Of a stretch of DNA of 64,000 nucleotides, positions 1-10,222 are shown piece by piece. Source of the stretch: Crocinitomicaceae bacterium (lineage in GTDB: Bacteria; Bacteroidota; Bacteroidia; Flavobacteriales_D; Crocinitomicaceae); assembly GCA_029249445.1 (NCBI GenBank), contig JAQWHI010000012.1, forward strand, positions 1,061 to 65,060, read 5' to 3'. How positions within the stretch are numbered: the first letter of the stretch is position 1; each line of letters starts with the position of its first letter. Made by a program: the position numbers and the translations under genes. Below the pieces are notes generated by a model. That model saw only the letters and a list, made by a program, of their open reading frames with translations, was not told the origin of the DNA and searched no databases.

Positions 1-210
1 TTGATGAAAACTCCGATGTTCATCATTGTTTGTATTGGCTAATCCAACACCACTTCCAATTAAATTTAATGAAGCCCAAGAGCCCAATCCAACCATTAAT
101 TTCTGATCTAAATCATGACGTCTTGAGTTATAATTTTGTAGTTGAGCATTAACATGATAAAAGGAGAACACGAACAAAACAGATACTACTAAATTTAAAA
201 TTTTCATCAT
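1..210 (-). CDS. hypothetical secreted protein, N-terminal fragment (gene runs off the left edge)
   Basis: Not in the ORF track. The reverse complement of 1..210 reads ATGATGAAAATT... = MMKILNLVVSVLFVFSFYHVNAQLQNYNSRRHDLDQKLMVGLGSWASLNLIGSGVGLANTNNDEHRSFHQ, with no stop before the window edge. The N-terminus looks like a signal peptide. Confidence 0.4.
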   Translation of the reverse strand, partial: MMKILNLVVSVLFVFSFYHVNAQLQNYNSRRHDLDQKLMVGLGSWASLNLIGSGVGLANTNNDEHRSFHQ

Positions 211-371
211 GGGAACTATCAATTAATTTTAATTAGACCATTAGTGGCTTTTACGCATCTGAACTTTTCTTTGCAAAACTAGAAACAGATATATATTTAG
301 TGTGCTGATTTTTAGTTTATTTTTAGATTTTATCAGTTAAATTTAACAACTACCGCAGAACCTTAAAAAGG

Positions 372-1625
372 ATGAAGAAAGAAGATACTAAAATATATAT
401 AATAGGAGGCGGTGTGAGTGGTTTAATTGCTGCCAAGGTTCTAGAAGACAATGGATTCTACCCCACTATTATTGAAGCCTCAGAAAGAGTTGGAGGTAGA
501 GTAAAAACAGATATTGTAGACGGCTACCAATTAGATCATGGTTTTCAAGTTTTATTGACTTCCTATCCAGCCGCAAATAAATATTTAGATTTTGAAATGT
601 TGGACTTACAGTTTTTATTACCTGGTGCAACAATTTTTAAGAATCAGCAGCAAAAAATAATTGGCGACCCTCTGAGACAACTCTCATTGTTGTTTTCAAC
701 ACTATTTTCGGGAATTGGGAATACTTCAGATAAATTGAAGGTGCTTAAACTAAACCAGAAATTGAAGAATAGAAGTCTTTCCGAAATTTTCTCAGACAAT
801 GAACACACTACATTATCTTATTTGAAAGATTTTGGGTTTTCAGCTCGAATAATAGACGATTTTTTTAAACCCTTTTTTAGTGGAATTTTCCTAGAGTCAA
901 ACCTTGATACGTCTAGCAGAATGTTTGAGTTTGTCTATAAAATGTTTGGGGAGGGAAGTGCTGCTATTCCAAAGGGAGGCATGGAAGCAATCCCAAAACA
1001 ACTAATGCAAAAATTAAAGCAAACAAAAATTTTATTTGATTCTAAGGTTGCATCAGTTGGCAACAAAAAAATAATTTTAGAAGACGGCACGCACTTCGAG
1101 AGCGATTTTACCATTATTGCCACTGAAAAAAGTAATTTAATTCAAGAATTTAAGGCCCCGCCAAAAGAATGGAATTCTTGCCACAATTTATATTTTGAAA
1201 CAGACGGCAAAGTAATTAACAAGCCTTTAATAGGACTTATTCCTGAGCAAGGGTCATTGATAAATAATATTTTTTATAACTCAAGTTTAAAGGTCAATTC
1301 ACAAGGGGAAAAGGATTTACTATCGGTGACCGTTATTGATTGCAAAAACTTATCTGGTGAACAACTCATTGAGCAAGTGAAGAATGAGTTAAAGAATTAT
1401 TGTGGCATCGAAACCGTCAGAATGATAAAAGAGTTTGTTATTCCAAAAGCCTTACCCAAGTTGGCAGATTTACAATATGACATATTATCATCCGATACAT
1501 ATTTCCAAAATAACTGTTTCTTGGCTGGAGATGTAATACTAAACGGTTCACTAAATGCCGCAATTCTATCTGGAGAGAGCGCAGCAACAGGTATAGCAGA
1601 AATGTGGACAAGAACTTCAAGCTAA
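372..1625 (+). CDS. NAD(P)/FAD-dependent oxidoreductase (amine-oxidase / desaturase-like flavoprotein)
   Basis: N-terminal Rossmann dinucleotide motif IYIIGGGVSGLIAAKVLEDNG...IIEASERVGGRVKTD, typical of amine-oxidase-fold flavoenzymes. 417-aa ORF. Confidence 0.8.
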   Translation: MKKEDTKIYIIGGGVSGLIAAKVLEDNGFYPTIIEASERVGGRVKTDIVDGYQLDHGFQVLLTSYPAANKYLDFEMLDLQFLLPGATIFKNQQQKIIGDPLRQLSLLFSTLFSGIGNTSDKLKVLKLNQKLKNRSLSEIFSDNEHTTLSYLKDFGFSARIIDDFFKPFFSGIFLESNLDTSSRMFEFVYKMFGEGSAAIPKGGMEAIPKQLMQKLKQTKILFDSKVASVGNKKIILEDGTHFESDFTIIATEKSNLIQEFKAPPKEWNSCHNLYFETDGKVINKPLIGLIPEQGSLINNIFYNSSLKVNSQGEKDLLSVTVIDCKNLSGEQLIEQVKNELKNYCGIETVRMIKEFVIPKALPKLADLQYDILSSDTYFQNNCFLAGDVILNGSLNAAILSGESAATGIAEMWTRTSS

Positions 1626-1653
1626 TTCATCCTTCGAAAGGATTAATTAATCC

Positions 1654-3486
1654 TTACTCTTTTAAAAATTCCCCTTGATAAAATCCTTGTGTCGTTTCAA
1701 TTCGCACTTGATATATTCCTTTTGAAAGAGAGCTAATATCTAGCAAACCATCACCTGTATGTGTTACCTTGATTTTTTTTCCAGTAAAATCGAATACTTG
1801 GAAATTGAGTATTTCACCTTCAGCTAAAATCTCAATTTCGTCTTTTGCTGGATTGGGAAACAAGTCAATTTGATTTAATGATTGGCTATTCAGACCTGCG
1901 ATACAATCTTGAGGAATAATACTCGCTCCATCCAAGCCCCATGCCGGGTCGATTGGAATACATAAATGTGTCAAAGTTGTAGAGGCAACATCTATCAACC
2001 TTGGAGTGTTGTCATAATTGTAAACAAGCACAGAGTCTTGATTTTGCCAAAGAGCATCTGTAATCGCCCCATTGTTCAATGAACTTGAAAAATCCGTAAC
2101 GATAGTTCCTGAACCTTCATACATCTTCCAATAACCAATCAAGCTGCCATAGTTTGGGTGTGAAACGTTCACAGGGGAACAATAAAAATCTTGGATCGCC
2201 TGATCGCCAATAATGCTATCCCACACTCGTACCTCTGCAATTGAACCCGTAAAATCGAACCCGTTCAGAATATCTGTTCCAAAAAAGAGTCCGCCGTTCG
2301 CTGTAACGTCACCAATACCTGAAATATTGATAGAGTCGAGTAGGGCACCGTCCTGATAAAGTTTCATATAAGCATCTCGGTCGAAAGAAACGCTTAGCGT
2401 GTGCCATTCATTATCTGAAATTATTCCTCCATCGAGATCTGCTCTAGCAGCGCCATCGCCAATGTTGATTTTCCATTCAGGTCCAGAAGGGTATTTGAAA
2501 GAAAATACAAATCCGGAATTCACTCCTGAACCCCAATTTTTATTCCCAACAATAGCAACATCTGCTGCTTGATTAGTACGAATGCGACACTCAACAGTAA
2601 AATCTTGACTCGTTCCAAAATTGAGGTTTGGAGCATCTGGAACCTGGACAAAGTCATTTGTTCCGTCAAAAATCAGTTCCGCCGAATCTCCCAAACAGTT
2701 CAAAGCGCTGTTGTTAACGTACAAACTATCTTTGGAAATGATAGAATTGGAAATATAATCACCGCTTGCTATCATTATAACTTTTCTCTCTTCAATGGAT
2801 ATCCCACCATGTGACGTGCCAATCCCACCATGATCTGAAGTTAGAAGTATCAACCAATTTTCTTCACTGTAAGTCACTCTATTTTTTATTGCTTGTATTA
2901 TCGGTTCGATTAAATCGTCTGTTGTTTCAATCGCAGAAATATAAGCCGTATTGGTAGGTGAAAACCCAGTTGCGTGACCTTCATGATCCACATCGTCAAA
3001 ATGTAAAAACATCAAATCAGGATCATTTGCAGCGATATAACTTGATGCAGCTGCACTCACCTCGGCATCGGAAGAAAAATTCAATTTAAAATCTACACCA
3101 GATTGAATAATATTATCGTTAATCGGTGCCCAATGGCAGAACGAAACTGTACTCAGACTTGGGTCAAAATCTTCCACAATTTGAATCACGGACGGATATG
3201 TAGCATAATCATTACCAGTAAAGTTGTTTCCAGTAACAAGGTGTTTATCTGAACCAACCCCACACAAGATATTCGACCAACCAGGGCCGCTCCATGTAAA
3301 ATCAGCGTTTAAAGCATCAGAGCTAAAAACGCCGTTACTTGCTAGACTATCCATGTTTGGGGTATTTGCAACGGCATATGCGTCAGCCCTGCACCCATCA
3401 ATTCCTATTATTAATACTTTCTTAGTCAATTGAGCCGGAGAATAGTAGCTTAATAACGAGAAGAACAATACGAGAAGATTTTTCAT
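1654..3486 (-). CDS. secreted alkaline-phosphatase/NPP-family phosphodiesterase with LamG-like domain and T9SS type A C-terminal sorting domain
   Basis: LIIGIDGCRADAY...NTPNMDSL and DHGG motifs match the type I phosphodiesterase/alkaline phosphatase superfamily. LIFDGTNDFVQVPD...FTVECRIR is LamG/ConA-like. The C-terminal LFPNPAKDEIEI...GIYQVRIET is Por_Secre_tail-like. Start moved to the internal ATG at 3486 (MKNLLVLFFSLLSYYSPAQ signal peptide). Confidence 0.85.
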   Translation of the reverse strand: MKNLLVLFFSLLSYYSPAQLTKKVLIIGIDGCRADAYAVANTPNMDSLASNGVFSSDALNADFTWSGPGWSNILCGVGSDKHLVTGNNFTGNDYATYPSVIQIVEDFDPSLSTVSFCHWAPINDNIIQSGVDFKLNFSSDAEVSAAASSYIAANDPDLMFLHFDDVDHEGHATGFSPTNTAYISAIETTDDLIEPIIQAIKNRVTYSEENWLILLTSDHGGIGTSHGGISIEERKVIMIASGDYISNSIISKDSLYVNNSALNCLGDSAELIFDGTNDFVQVPDAPNLNFGTSQDFTVECRIRTNQAADVAIVGNKNWGSGVNSGFVFSFKYPSGPEWKINIGDGAARADLDGGIISDNEWHTLSVSFDRDAYMKLYQDGALLDSINISGIGDVTANGGLFFGTDILNGFDFTGSIAEVRVWDSIIGDQAIQDFYCSPVNVSHPNYGSLIGYWKMYEGSGTIVTDFSSSLNNGAITDALWQNQDSVLVYNYDNTPRLIDVASTTLTHLCIPIDPAWGLDGASIIPQDCIAGLNSQSLNQIDLFPNPAKDEIEILAEGEILNFQVFDFTGKKIKVTHTGDGLLDISSLSKGIYQVRIETTQGFYQGEFLKE

Positions 3487-3600
3487 AAGTATGAAGATAG
3501 TTGATACTGTCGAATAAACTAAAAAACTCCTTTTAATTCTTTCATTTTCAAACTTATCCCCCAAAAAGAAAGTCCAAAACTAACATCCTTTATCACAAAA

Positions 3601-4362
3601 CTATTCTCTCATAAATCTTGTAGTCTGATTTCCACTCTTGTTTTTTACGTTTATAAAGTAGAGGCCTGATGGTAAAAAAGAAACATCTATGTTTTGGTGA
3701 CCGTTAACGTTATGTATTTCATGAAATAATTGCCCTTGAATACTTAAAATTTGTATGGAATAATTTTCATTTGGGCCTTCTAAATGCAAAGAATTCTTAG
3801 TCGGAGATGGGTAGATCTTCAACTTGGATTCAATTTTTTGTGATTCACTTACAGGTGCAATAGCGTTTAAATCTACTCCAGGGTTGGAATAATCTCCAGC
3901 AACAAACTCCCATCTTCCCCATGGTGTGCCAGATGGAAAAACACCTGTCTTCCAATATATTTGATCTTCAAACAAACAATTAATTGAATTGCCAGTAGGC
4001 GACAAACCTTGATTAATGTACCAGGCATCCAAATTGGCCGAATCATTTCTCAGATAAACAGTCAAATTCATTGTGTCTGTAGTTGGAAAGTTGTGAGAAA
4101 AACTACAATCAGAATTATTTACTATCGTATCTGTAAATATTATATTTCCTTGGTTATCTGTAAACTCCCATGAAAAAATATTATGTTCCTGAGGGTGAGT
4201 TAGGTATTGACCTGAATGGTAGATACTCAGAAATGTAGAGTCACTACCTACATTTACAACCATGCTTAATTGATCACAAGGCATACATGTTATTACAGAC
4301 TGCGCATTTGTTGTTTGAATTAGTCCAAAGGCAATCGTTACTGTGAGTAGAATATTTTTCAT
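3601..4362 (-). CDS. hypothetical T9SS type A CTD cargo protein
   Basis: Signal peptide MKNILLTVTIAFGLIQTTNAQ from the ATG at 4362. The C-terminal IYPSPTKNSLHLEG...LPSGLYFINVKN resembles the T9SS sorting domain. A TAatTTTG box at 4402..4409 lies inside the longer track ORF, which supports the shorter start. Confidence 0.7.
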   Translation of the reverse strand: MKNILLTVTIAFGLIQTTNAQSVITCMPCDQLSMVVNVGSDSTFLSIYHSGQYLTHPQEHNIFSWEFTDNQGNIIFTDTIVNNSDCSFSHNFPTTDTMNLTVYLRNDSANLDAWYINQGLSPTGNSINCLFEDQIYWKTGVFPSGTPWGRWEFVAGDYSNPGVDLNAIAPVSESQKIESKLKIYPSPTKNSLHLEGPNENYSIQILSIQGQLFHEIHNVNGHQNIDVSFLPSGLYFINVKNKSGNQTTRFMRE

Positions 4363-4401
4363 CTTTAATTTTTTTTCAATACAAGTGTATGATAAATATG
4401 T

Positions 4402-4409
4402 CAAAATTA
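4402..4409 (-). promoter_or_regulatory. Bacteroidetes-type -7 promoter box (TAATTTTG)
   Basis: The minus strand reads TAATTTTG about 40 nt upstream of the ATG at 4362 and matches TAnnTTTG. Confidence 0.4.
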
Positions 4410-4625
4410 TTTCACTCGTAGCGGTGAAATGTCAAAAGTTTATTATTCTTGAAATGAATCATTAATAACAATTGCAGGTGAATTTTTTAATAAAAAAAAC
4501 CTTACAATCAGAAAATCAAAACAAAAGTGAAATCAAAAAGAATTCCTATTCATAAAAAGCGTTCTTATATTTATCTTCATATTAAGCCTTATTAATACTA
4601 ATGACAATAACATTAATCTAAATTT

Positions 4626-5108
4626 ATGAAAAAAATTATTGCTATAATTTTTATGTTGTGCGCGATATCGATATTAGCGACCTCAGGTTTTTTATATTTA
4701 AATGCACAAGATGAAATATCTTATGACGACATCATGTATAGTTTGGAATATGATGAGATGGATGATAAAATTGGTCGATTTGATTATGCCTTCAAACTGA
4801 AAGATCTTTTTCCAACTTCAGATGAGCCTCATCACATCCCCCTTGAGGAAGATGGCGAATATCAAGTTATTTCAAATTATATGGGACTAAAAAGAGATAA
4901 TTTTTTGAATGAAGTTCGTTCATTGGAGAAAGATTTAGAAGATGAAACTGAAGCTTACTCTTCCTTTGGTTTAAAAAAGGAAGGTCAGGTTTATGTATTG
5001 GAAGAAATCATAGCCTATCTTCTTTTACCATTGAGCGTTCTGTTGTTTTTAATCAGCATATATTTCTTGGTTATCTCGTTTAAAAACCCGACAAAAATTA
5101 TTAACTAA
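4626..5108 (+). CDS. hypothetical membrane protein (N- and C-terminal hydrophobic helices, acidic middle)
   Basis: 160-aa ORF. Hydrophobic segments are IIAIIFMLCAISILATSGFLYL and IIAYLLLPLSVLLFLISIYFLVI. I recognise no family. Confidence 0.55.
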   Translation: MKKIIAIIFMLCAISILATSGFLYLNAQDEISYDDIMYSLEYDEMDDKIGRFDYAFKLKDLFPTSDEPHHIPLEEDGEYQVISNYMGLKRDNFLNEVRSLEKDLEDETEAYSSFGLKKEGQVYVLEEIIAYLLLPLSVLLFLISIYFLVISFKNPTKIIN

Positions 5109-5266
5109 ATTAGTTGTTCATTTTATAAAAGTTTTGCAGTTGTTAAAAGGTGTAACATCAGCCCTATTTTTAGCTTATAAGCATTAAACTCAAGATGGCT
5201 TCATATGCATTATTGAATCAACATTGAAAATTGACCTAGGTTTTGTAAATTTTTTAAAAAATTGAA

Positions 5267-6322
5267 ATGCGAATAGTTTGTAAAAAATATCATTTAATTG
5301 TTATTGGTTTTTTGACATTTTTAATGTCCTTCAATTCCTATGCAGATTCCCCCCTCACGGCCATTAATTTTTGGAGTTTGTCAAAAGAAAAACTTGTAAT
5401 AAGGACAGGTAAAAAAGGGGGGAAAAAGAAGTTGAATCAGAAGATGATAAATTTTTTGTTTGATTCGAAACAAAGCACATTTGATAAAATCGCACTAGTT
5501 AACGCTTTAGGGTGGGAGCAAGAGAGTGAAATTAAAAACGCAACTATTTTTATAGAAGCGTTGGAAAACTTCTATTCAGACAAATTAAACAAAAATCTCA
5601 AAAGGGATAAAAGGGAGTTTGATTATGATAAAGAGTTTTACGATGTGGAGAAAGAATACTACAATTTTGATAAAGAATCTTTTTTAGAGCTGCCAGATCG
5701 TGAAAAAATTCTATCTGCTTCTTTTGAATTGGACTGGCCGTTTTCTTTAGAAAAGCAAATATATTTAATCTGTCAGTACTTAAAGGTAATGGATAACTTA
5801 ATTGAAGCGCCGTTTTCTGACTCTGAAATTGTTTGGTTCTTCGAGCCTCAAGATAATGAGTGCGCCCTGTTTATTATGAGTTTATTTAGAGCACAAGAGT
5901 TGTTTATTAACTCTCAGTTTTGTGATTATTTAAGTGTATTTCAATCACAGTTCAGTATGGAAAATAATTGTTCATTTGAAAATGAACAGATTAAAGAAGC
6001 AGTGCGACTTGGTAATAATTATATGTATCAAAATTTAGCAGTCAATTGTGAGAGGATATATTTCGAAGTTGGAAACTCTTGTGCGCTAGTGGAAATTATT
6101 GCAAAACCTAGCCAGCTCTTGTGGGTAGTACATTATCCAGTGTTTGTTTATGGTAAACTGGTTGTTTATGACTCGAGCAATGCTGAAATCGATGCGCACG
6201 AAATTGATGGGGACGACTATGTTGAGTTGAAATTAACAAATTATTCTCCTGGAATATACTGGATAAGGCTTGAAGATGAAAAGAAGAATAAGTACGAACT
6301 TAAATTGAAAATAGAGTTATGA
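5267..6322 (+). CDS. hypothetical secreted protein with a possible divergent T9SS CTD
   Basis: Signal-peptide-like LIVIGFLTFLMSFNSYADS. The last ~70 aa (LVVYDSSNAEIDAHEIDGDDYVELKLTNYSPGIYWIRLEDEKKNKYELKLKIE) have the alternating pattern and GIY motif of type A CTDs. Confidence 0.6.
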   Translation: MRIVCKKYHLIVIGFLTFLMSFNSYADSPLTAINFWSLSKEKLVIRTGKKGGKKKLNQKMINFLFDSKQSTFDKIALVNALGWEQESEIKNATIFIEALENFYSDKLNKNLKRDKREFDYDKEFYDVEKEYYNFDKESFLELPDREKILSASFELDWPFSLEKQIYLICQYLKVMDNLIEAPFSDSEIVWFFEPQDNECALFIMSLFRAQELFINSQFCDYLSVFQSQFSMENNCSFENEQIKEAVRLGNNYMYQNLAVNCERIYFEVGNSCALVEIIAKPSQLLWVVHYPVFVYGKLVVYDSSNAEIDAHEIDGDDYVELKLTNYSPGIYWIRLEDEKKNKYELKLKIEL

Positions 6323-7275
6323 ATTTTTGTCACAATTGCGGAGGAAAACTGCAAGAAAACCCTAAGTTTTGCCCTCATTGCGGTGTTAAATTAAATGAAT
6401 CTTTGGTTACAGTACAAACTGGAGCGGCTCAAAAGGAAGACACAAAAAAAACTTCTGCTAAGAAAAAAGCGATGGGGCGATACATTTATCCTCTTGTTGC
6501 AGGGCTTGTTTTTGTTCTAATTTTCGGTTCACGGGCGCTATGGACAGCTTATAAAAACACAGAGCCGAACGATTACCATACCGAGATAAAAACCAATGGT
6601 AAGGGGGTGAAGGATTTGTTGTTGAACAAAAACTGGGTGTTAAAATCATTTTCAAATCTTTCATTTACATCAGATAACGATTTGATTAGCGAAAATTATC
6701 TAAAAAATGAATTGAATAAAGCTTTAAATGACGAATCAAATTATTTAAGATTTAAAGATGATCAATTTTGCAGGGGAGAAAAGATTTTAGAGTATGGGCA
6801 AAGTATGGATGAGGAAGTGGGGGAAGTTACTTATTCAATCATTGCTGTCCAGCTTAGCAGAACAAAAGGCAAGACTCAATTGTATTCGGAGTCAAATCAA
6901 TATAGATCTATAGGTATTAACTCGTATTTGGACTATGGCTATCAAGCTAAAATGATCACTGTACAAAGAATTATTAACGAACTAGATGAAAATTACCTGA
7001 AATGTACCACACAAATGAGCATTGAAACCCTTAGTGGACTGGTTTGGGAATATGAAGCAGATGAAGTTTATCAAGCAGTACCAGATGACAATAAGTCGAC
7101 AATGGTAAAAGCAAACCACACCATAACAGATGATTGGATGCTTATGGATTGCGACGGTTTTACCATGTCTCCTATGGTAGATACCGAAACCAATAATCGA
7201 TTGGAAAAAGCGAATGAGGCTTATGATTTTGATTTAGACCTATCAGAGGCGGAGTTTGATTACGATGAACTTTAA
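6319..7275 (+). CDS. zinc-ribbon membrane protein, hypothetical
   Basis: N-terminal CHNCGGKL...CPHCG zinc ribbon, one TM segment (YIYPLVAGLVFVLIFG), then a ~240-aa extracytoplasmic region with an acidic tail. The ATGA start/stop overlap with the upstream ORF suggests translational coupling. Confidence 0.65.
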   Translation: MNFCHNCGGKLQENPKFCPHCGVKLNESLVTVQTGAAQKEDTKKTSAKKKAMGRYIYPLVAGLVFVLIFGSRALWTAYKNTEPNDYHTEIKTNGKGVKDLLLNKNWVLKSFSNLSFTSDNDLISENYLKNELNKALNDESNYLRFKDDQFCRGEKILEYGQSMDEEVGEVTYSIIAVQLSRTKGKTQLYSESNQYRSIGINSYLDYGYQAKMITVQRIINELDENYLKCTTQMSIETLSGLVWEYEADEVYQAVPDDNKSTMVKANHTITDDWMLMDCDGFTMSPMVDTETNNRLEKANEAYDFDLDLSEAEFDYDEL

Positions 7276-7438
7276 TGATTGAAATAATAGTGAGGCTCTC
7301 GTTTAATTTTACAGTTGTATAAAACCAAACTGCAATAAAACTCTAAATTTTGTTCTCTTTACGCCATAAAATTTAACGGTTCTTTGGCAACAACAATAAA
7401 AAGCAATAGTAAAGGGAATAAAAAATTTTAACTCTACG

Positions 7439-10198
7439 CTATCGTAAAAGGGTGACATGACCAAAGCGCTGAATTTTACCTGCATTTTCATCTCTTTTCA
7501 TGACTATGCTCCATACATACACGCCACTTTGAACATCTCCGTCGGCTTCTTTAAAACTCCCATCCCACCCTTCACTAATTTGGGTGGTTTCAAAAACTTG
7601 CTCTCCCCATCGATTGTAAATACTGAATGTATAATCTTTAAGGTCTGCTCCTCGCACTTTTGGAATAAAAACATCATTTATCCCATCGTTGTTCGGGGAA
7701 AATGAATTTGGCACATAAAGCAGGAATTGGTCAAGTGTTTTTATGAGTGCTGTATAGCTATCACTGCAACCGTTTGTCGCCGTTACTGTTAGTGAAACAG
7801 TTGCTTCATAACCAGATTCTAAAAGAATACTGGGTTGATTTAAGGCTGAGAACTCCCCATTCCCAAAATCCCAATTCCAACCATTCGCACCAACGGATAA
7901 ATTCGTGAAATCAATCACTGCACCTGAATCAGAAAGATTTTGAGTGTATTGAAAATATGCTTCTGGAGTTGGTGACACATCAATTAGTGCGTTTAATATA
8001 ACTGAATTTGAGCAACCCTCAGAGGAAGTTATTTTTAAGCTCACATCGTATGTGCCTGAATTGGCGTAATCATATTGGACTGCACTCCCTTGGTTTGATT
8101 GTCCTCCGTCACCAAAAGTCCAAAGGAATGTTTGTCCGTTCTGCGAATTGTTGTTGACGAAATTAACCGTTAGTGGGCTGCATCCAATTAAAGTATCTGC
8201 CGTAAAATTGACTTCAGGCAGATCGAATACGCTGATAATAATTGAATCTTGTGAGGGGCATAAGCCACCGAGGGCATGATTTATCGTATATACACCAACC
8301 CCAATCGATGGATCAAACTCGCTCGCCAAATTGATCCCTGGTCCAGATAATATTCCTCCTGAATTTGCAAATGAGAGTAATTGCGGAGGCTCATTAATAC
8401 ATAGCGTATCATTTGAGATTAAGATGCTTGCATCTAAAACCGGTATAAAATCGACGACAATCGAATCTATGGCGCTACATCCACTAGATTGAGTGGTCAT
8501 TTGAAGTCCAATTGCAGCGCTTGCAGAAACTGATATGCTTGAATTAGTGCTTCCATCTGACCACAAGAAATCAACATCTGTGTAAGAAGAAAAATCAAAA
8601 TTTAAGGGAGTTCCATCACAGAGGACGGTGTCAGATCCTAAACTAAAAGAAGGTGAAATGTCAATTGTCACACCATAGCTAACCGTGTCGGAAACACAAT
8701 TTTTCCAAACAATTAATTGTGGAGCATAGTTTCCAGATGAGAGGTAGCTGTGTGTTGGGTTTAAAATGCTAGATGTGTTCGTTGTGCCACTGGTGGGGTC
8801 GTCAAAGTCCCAAATTATAGAATCAGGATTAAGGGCACCGTTATATTCAAACGCTATAGAGTTTCCTTCACAGAAATTTGGACCGTTGACAATGTTGAAA
8901 TCAGCGGGCTGGTTGAATAAATCTTGGGAGAATACAGGTAAACTTAACGATGCGAGTGTCTGCGTTGTCTGCACCCCTCCTGGAAAAAGATTGGGAAGGC
9001 CTATTACAGATCCAAAACTCATACCGGCGTGCAAATAATCACATGAGGCACCAGGCAAATTCGGTTTGTCGATAACAGATAAAGTTGAAGTGCCAAATCG
9101 TGAAATGTATATTTTCCCATCTGGACCGAGCTGCATTCCATACAACTGACCCAGAAGGTAAACACTCAAAGTCGGCTGAGCGGGCAGAGTGCCTTGGATT
9201 GTTTGACCAGACAACCAAAAGTTCGGTACATCTGTGGGGAACTGCCAGATCAAAGAGTAATTACCCGCAACTTGTGCGGATATTCCCGGAACTTGAGAAA
9301 TGTATAAGTACTTTCCGTTTGGAGAGAATTCAGCACCATACATCCGACTATAAACAGTTCCCGTGTTCGGATTGAAGTTTGTAAGCCAAAAACTAGGTGG
9401 GCTTGATCGAACATTTGATAAGATACCAGTGCTATTGTCAAAGTCGAACAGCTCAACATATCCGGAGTATGGGACAGTATTTACCAACAGACTGCCATCG
9501 GGTGAAAATTTCATCTGGCCTGTGTAATTTGTGGTTCCAGGAGGAGGAGAACTGGGAACGAAAAGTAAAGGCTGACCAATAGTTGAAATAACGGGGGCAT
9601 TGATTCCGTTAGGTGTAACTTCGTAAGCATAGAAATCTGAAGACAAATTTTTGTGAACCATCACCCAATAATTCGTACAATTGGCATGTTTAACGATTGT
9701 CATTTTTTCTGCTAGCGTATCTTCCAATAGGATGTTTTTGGTTGCTGTCACATCGCCAAGCCCTGCAGAAAGCGTCATATCAACAATTGAATACCTTAAG
9801 CCATCGTAACCTGTCGCCCCAAGCGTGAATACATAATATTCATTTGGATTTCCTGGATTTTGAACAATTCCTGCTCCTTGACAACTTACGCCAGGAGTAT
9901 ACGGTACGAATGGTCCTGGGGCACTGGCCAAAGACCCGAGCAACCCTGTACCATTTGACATTGGATTGTGATCGCTTTGGTAAACGGTCGTTCCGTTAGT
10001 GTAGAATAATAAGTTTCCATTTGCATCGGAAGCCACAGCGCAGGCACTAGCAGTGCCCATTGGGGTTACATTGTTTGCAACAGGAACACCACTATTAAAA
10101 TCTATACCACATTGATAGGAAAAAAACCAATTATTTGCCTCACCTTGAGAGTATACGGTATAACAGGTGAATAAGAAAAGGGAGAGTAATAAACGCAT
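7439..10198 (-). CDS. T9SS type B sorting domain (gliding motility-associated C-terminal domain) surface protein with PKD domains
   Basis: The C-terminus YVPNSFSPNNDGINDVF...FSIYNRWGEQVFE...GWDG...GVYVW...GHVTLLR is the classic type B CTD. WNWDFGNGE and FLWTFGDGG are PKD signatures. The N-terminal NNWFFSYQCGIDFNSG...LLFYTNGTTVY and repeated FSP(D/N)G motifs suggest a propeller. Confidence 0.9.
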   Translation of the reverse strand: MRLLLSLFLFTCYTVYSQGEANNWFFSYQCGIDFNSGVPVANNVTPMGTASACAVASDANGNLLFYTNGTTVYQSDHNPMSNGTGLLGSLASAPGPFVPYTPGVSCQGAGIVQNPGNPNEYYVFTLGATGYDGLRYSIVDMTLSAGLGDVTATKNILLEDTLAEKMTIVKHANCTNYWVMVHKNLSSDFYAYEVTPNGINAPVISTIGQPLLFVPSSPPPGTTNYTGQMKFSPDGSLLVNTVPYSGYVELFDFDNSTGILSNVRSSPPSFWLTNFNPNTGTVYSRMYGAEFSPNGKYLYISQVPGISAQVAGNYSLIWQFPTDVPNFWLSGQTIQGTLPAQPTLSVYLLGQLYGMQLGPDGKIYISRFGTSTLSVIDKPNLPGASCDYLHAGMSFGSVIGLPNLFPGGVQTTQTLASLSLPVFSQDLFNQPADFNIVNGPNFCEGNSIAFEYNGALNPDSIIWDFDDPTSGTTNTSSILNPTHSYLSSGNYAPQLIVWKNCVSDTVSYGVTIDISPSFSLGSDTVLCDGTPLNFDFSSYTDVDFLWSDGSTNSSISVSASAAIGLQMTTQSSGCSAIDSIVVDFIPVLDASILISNDTLCINEPPQLLSFANSGGILSGPGINLASEFDPSIGVGVYTINHALGGLCPSQDSIIISVFDLPEVNFTADTLIGCSPLTVNFVNNNSQNGQTFLWTFGDGGQSNQGSAVQYDYANSGTYDVSLKITSSEGCSNSVILNALIDVSPTPEAYFQYTQNLSDSGAVIDFTNLSVGANGWNWDFGNGEFSALNQPSILLESGYEATVSLTVTATNGCSDSYTALIKTLDQFLLYVPNSFSPNNDGINDVFIPKVRGADLKDYTFSIYNRWGEQVFETTQISEGWDGSFKEADGDVQSGVYVWSIVMKRDENAGKIQRFGHVTLLR

Positions 10199-10214
10199 TT
10201 TGTTTAATATTTTT

Positions 10215-10222
10215 CAAATATA
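10215..10222 (-). promoter_or_regulatory. -7 promoter box (TATATTTG) for the 919-aa adhesin gene
   Basis: The minus strand reads TATATTTG, 16 nt upstream of the ATG at 10198. Confidence 0.45.

Noticed and set aside
4409-4430. 7-bp inverted repeat ATTTCAC-N8-GTGAAAT next to the -7 box of the 3601..4362 gene
   Set aside because: The arms are too short to separate from chance in AT-rich DNA, and I noticed no second copy.
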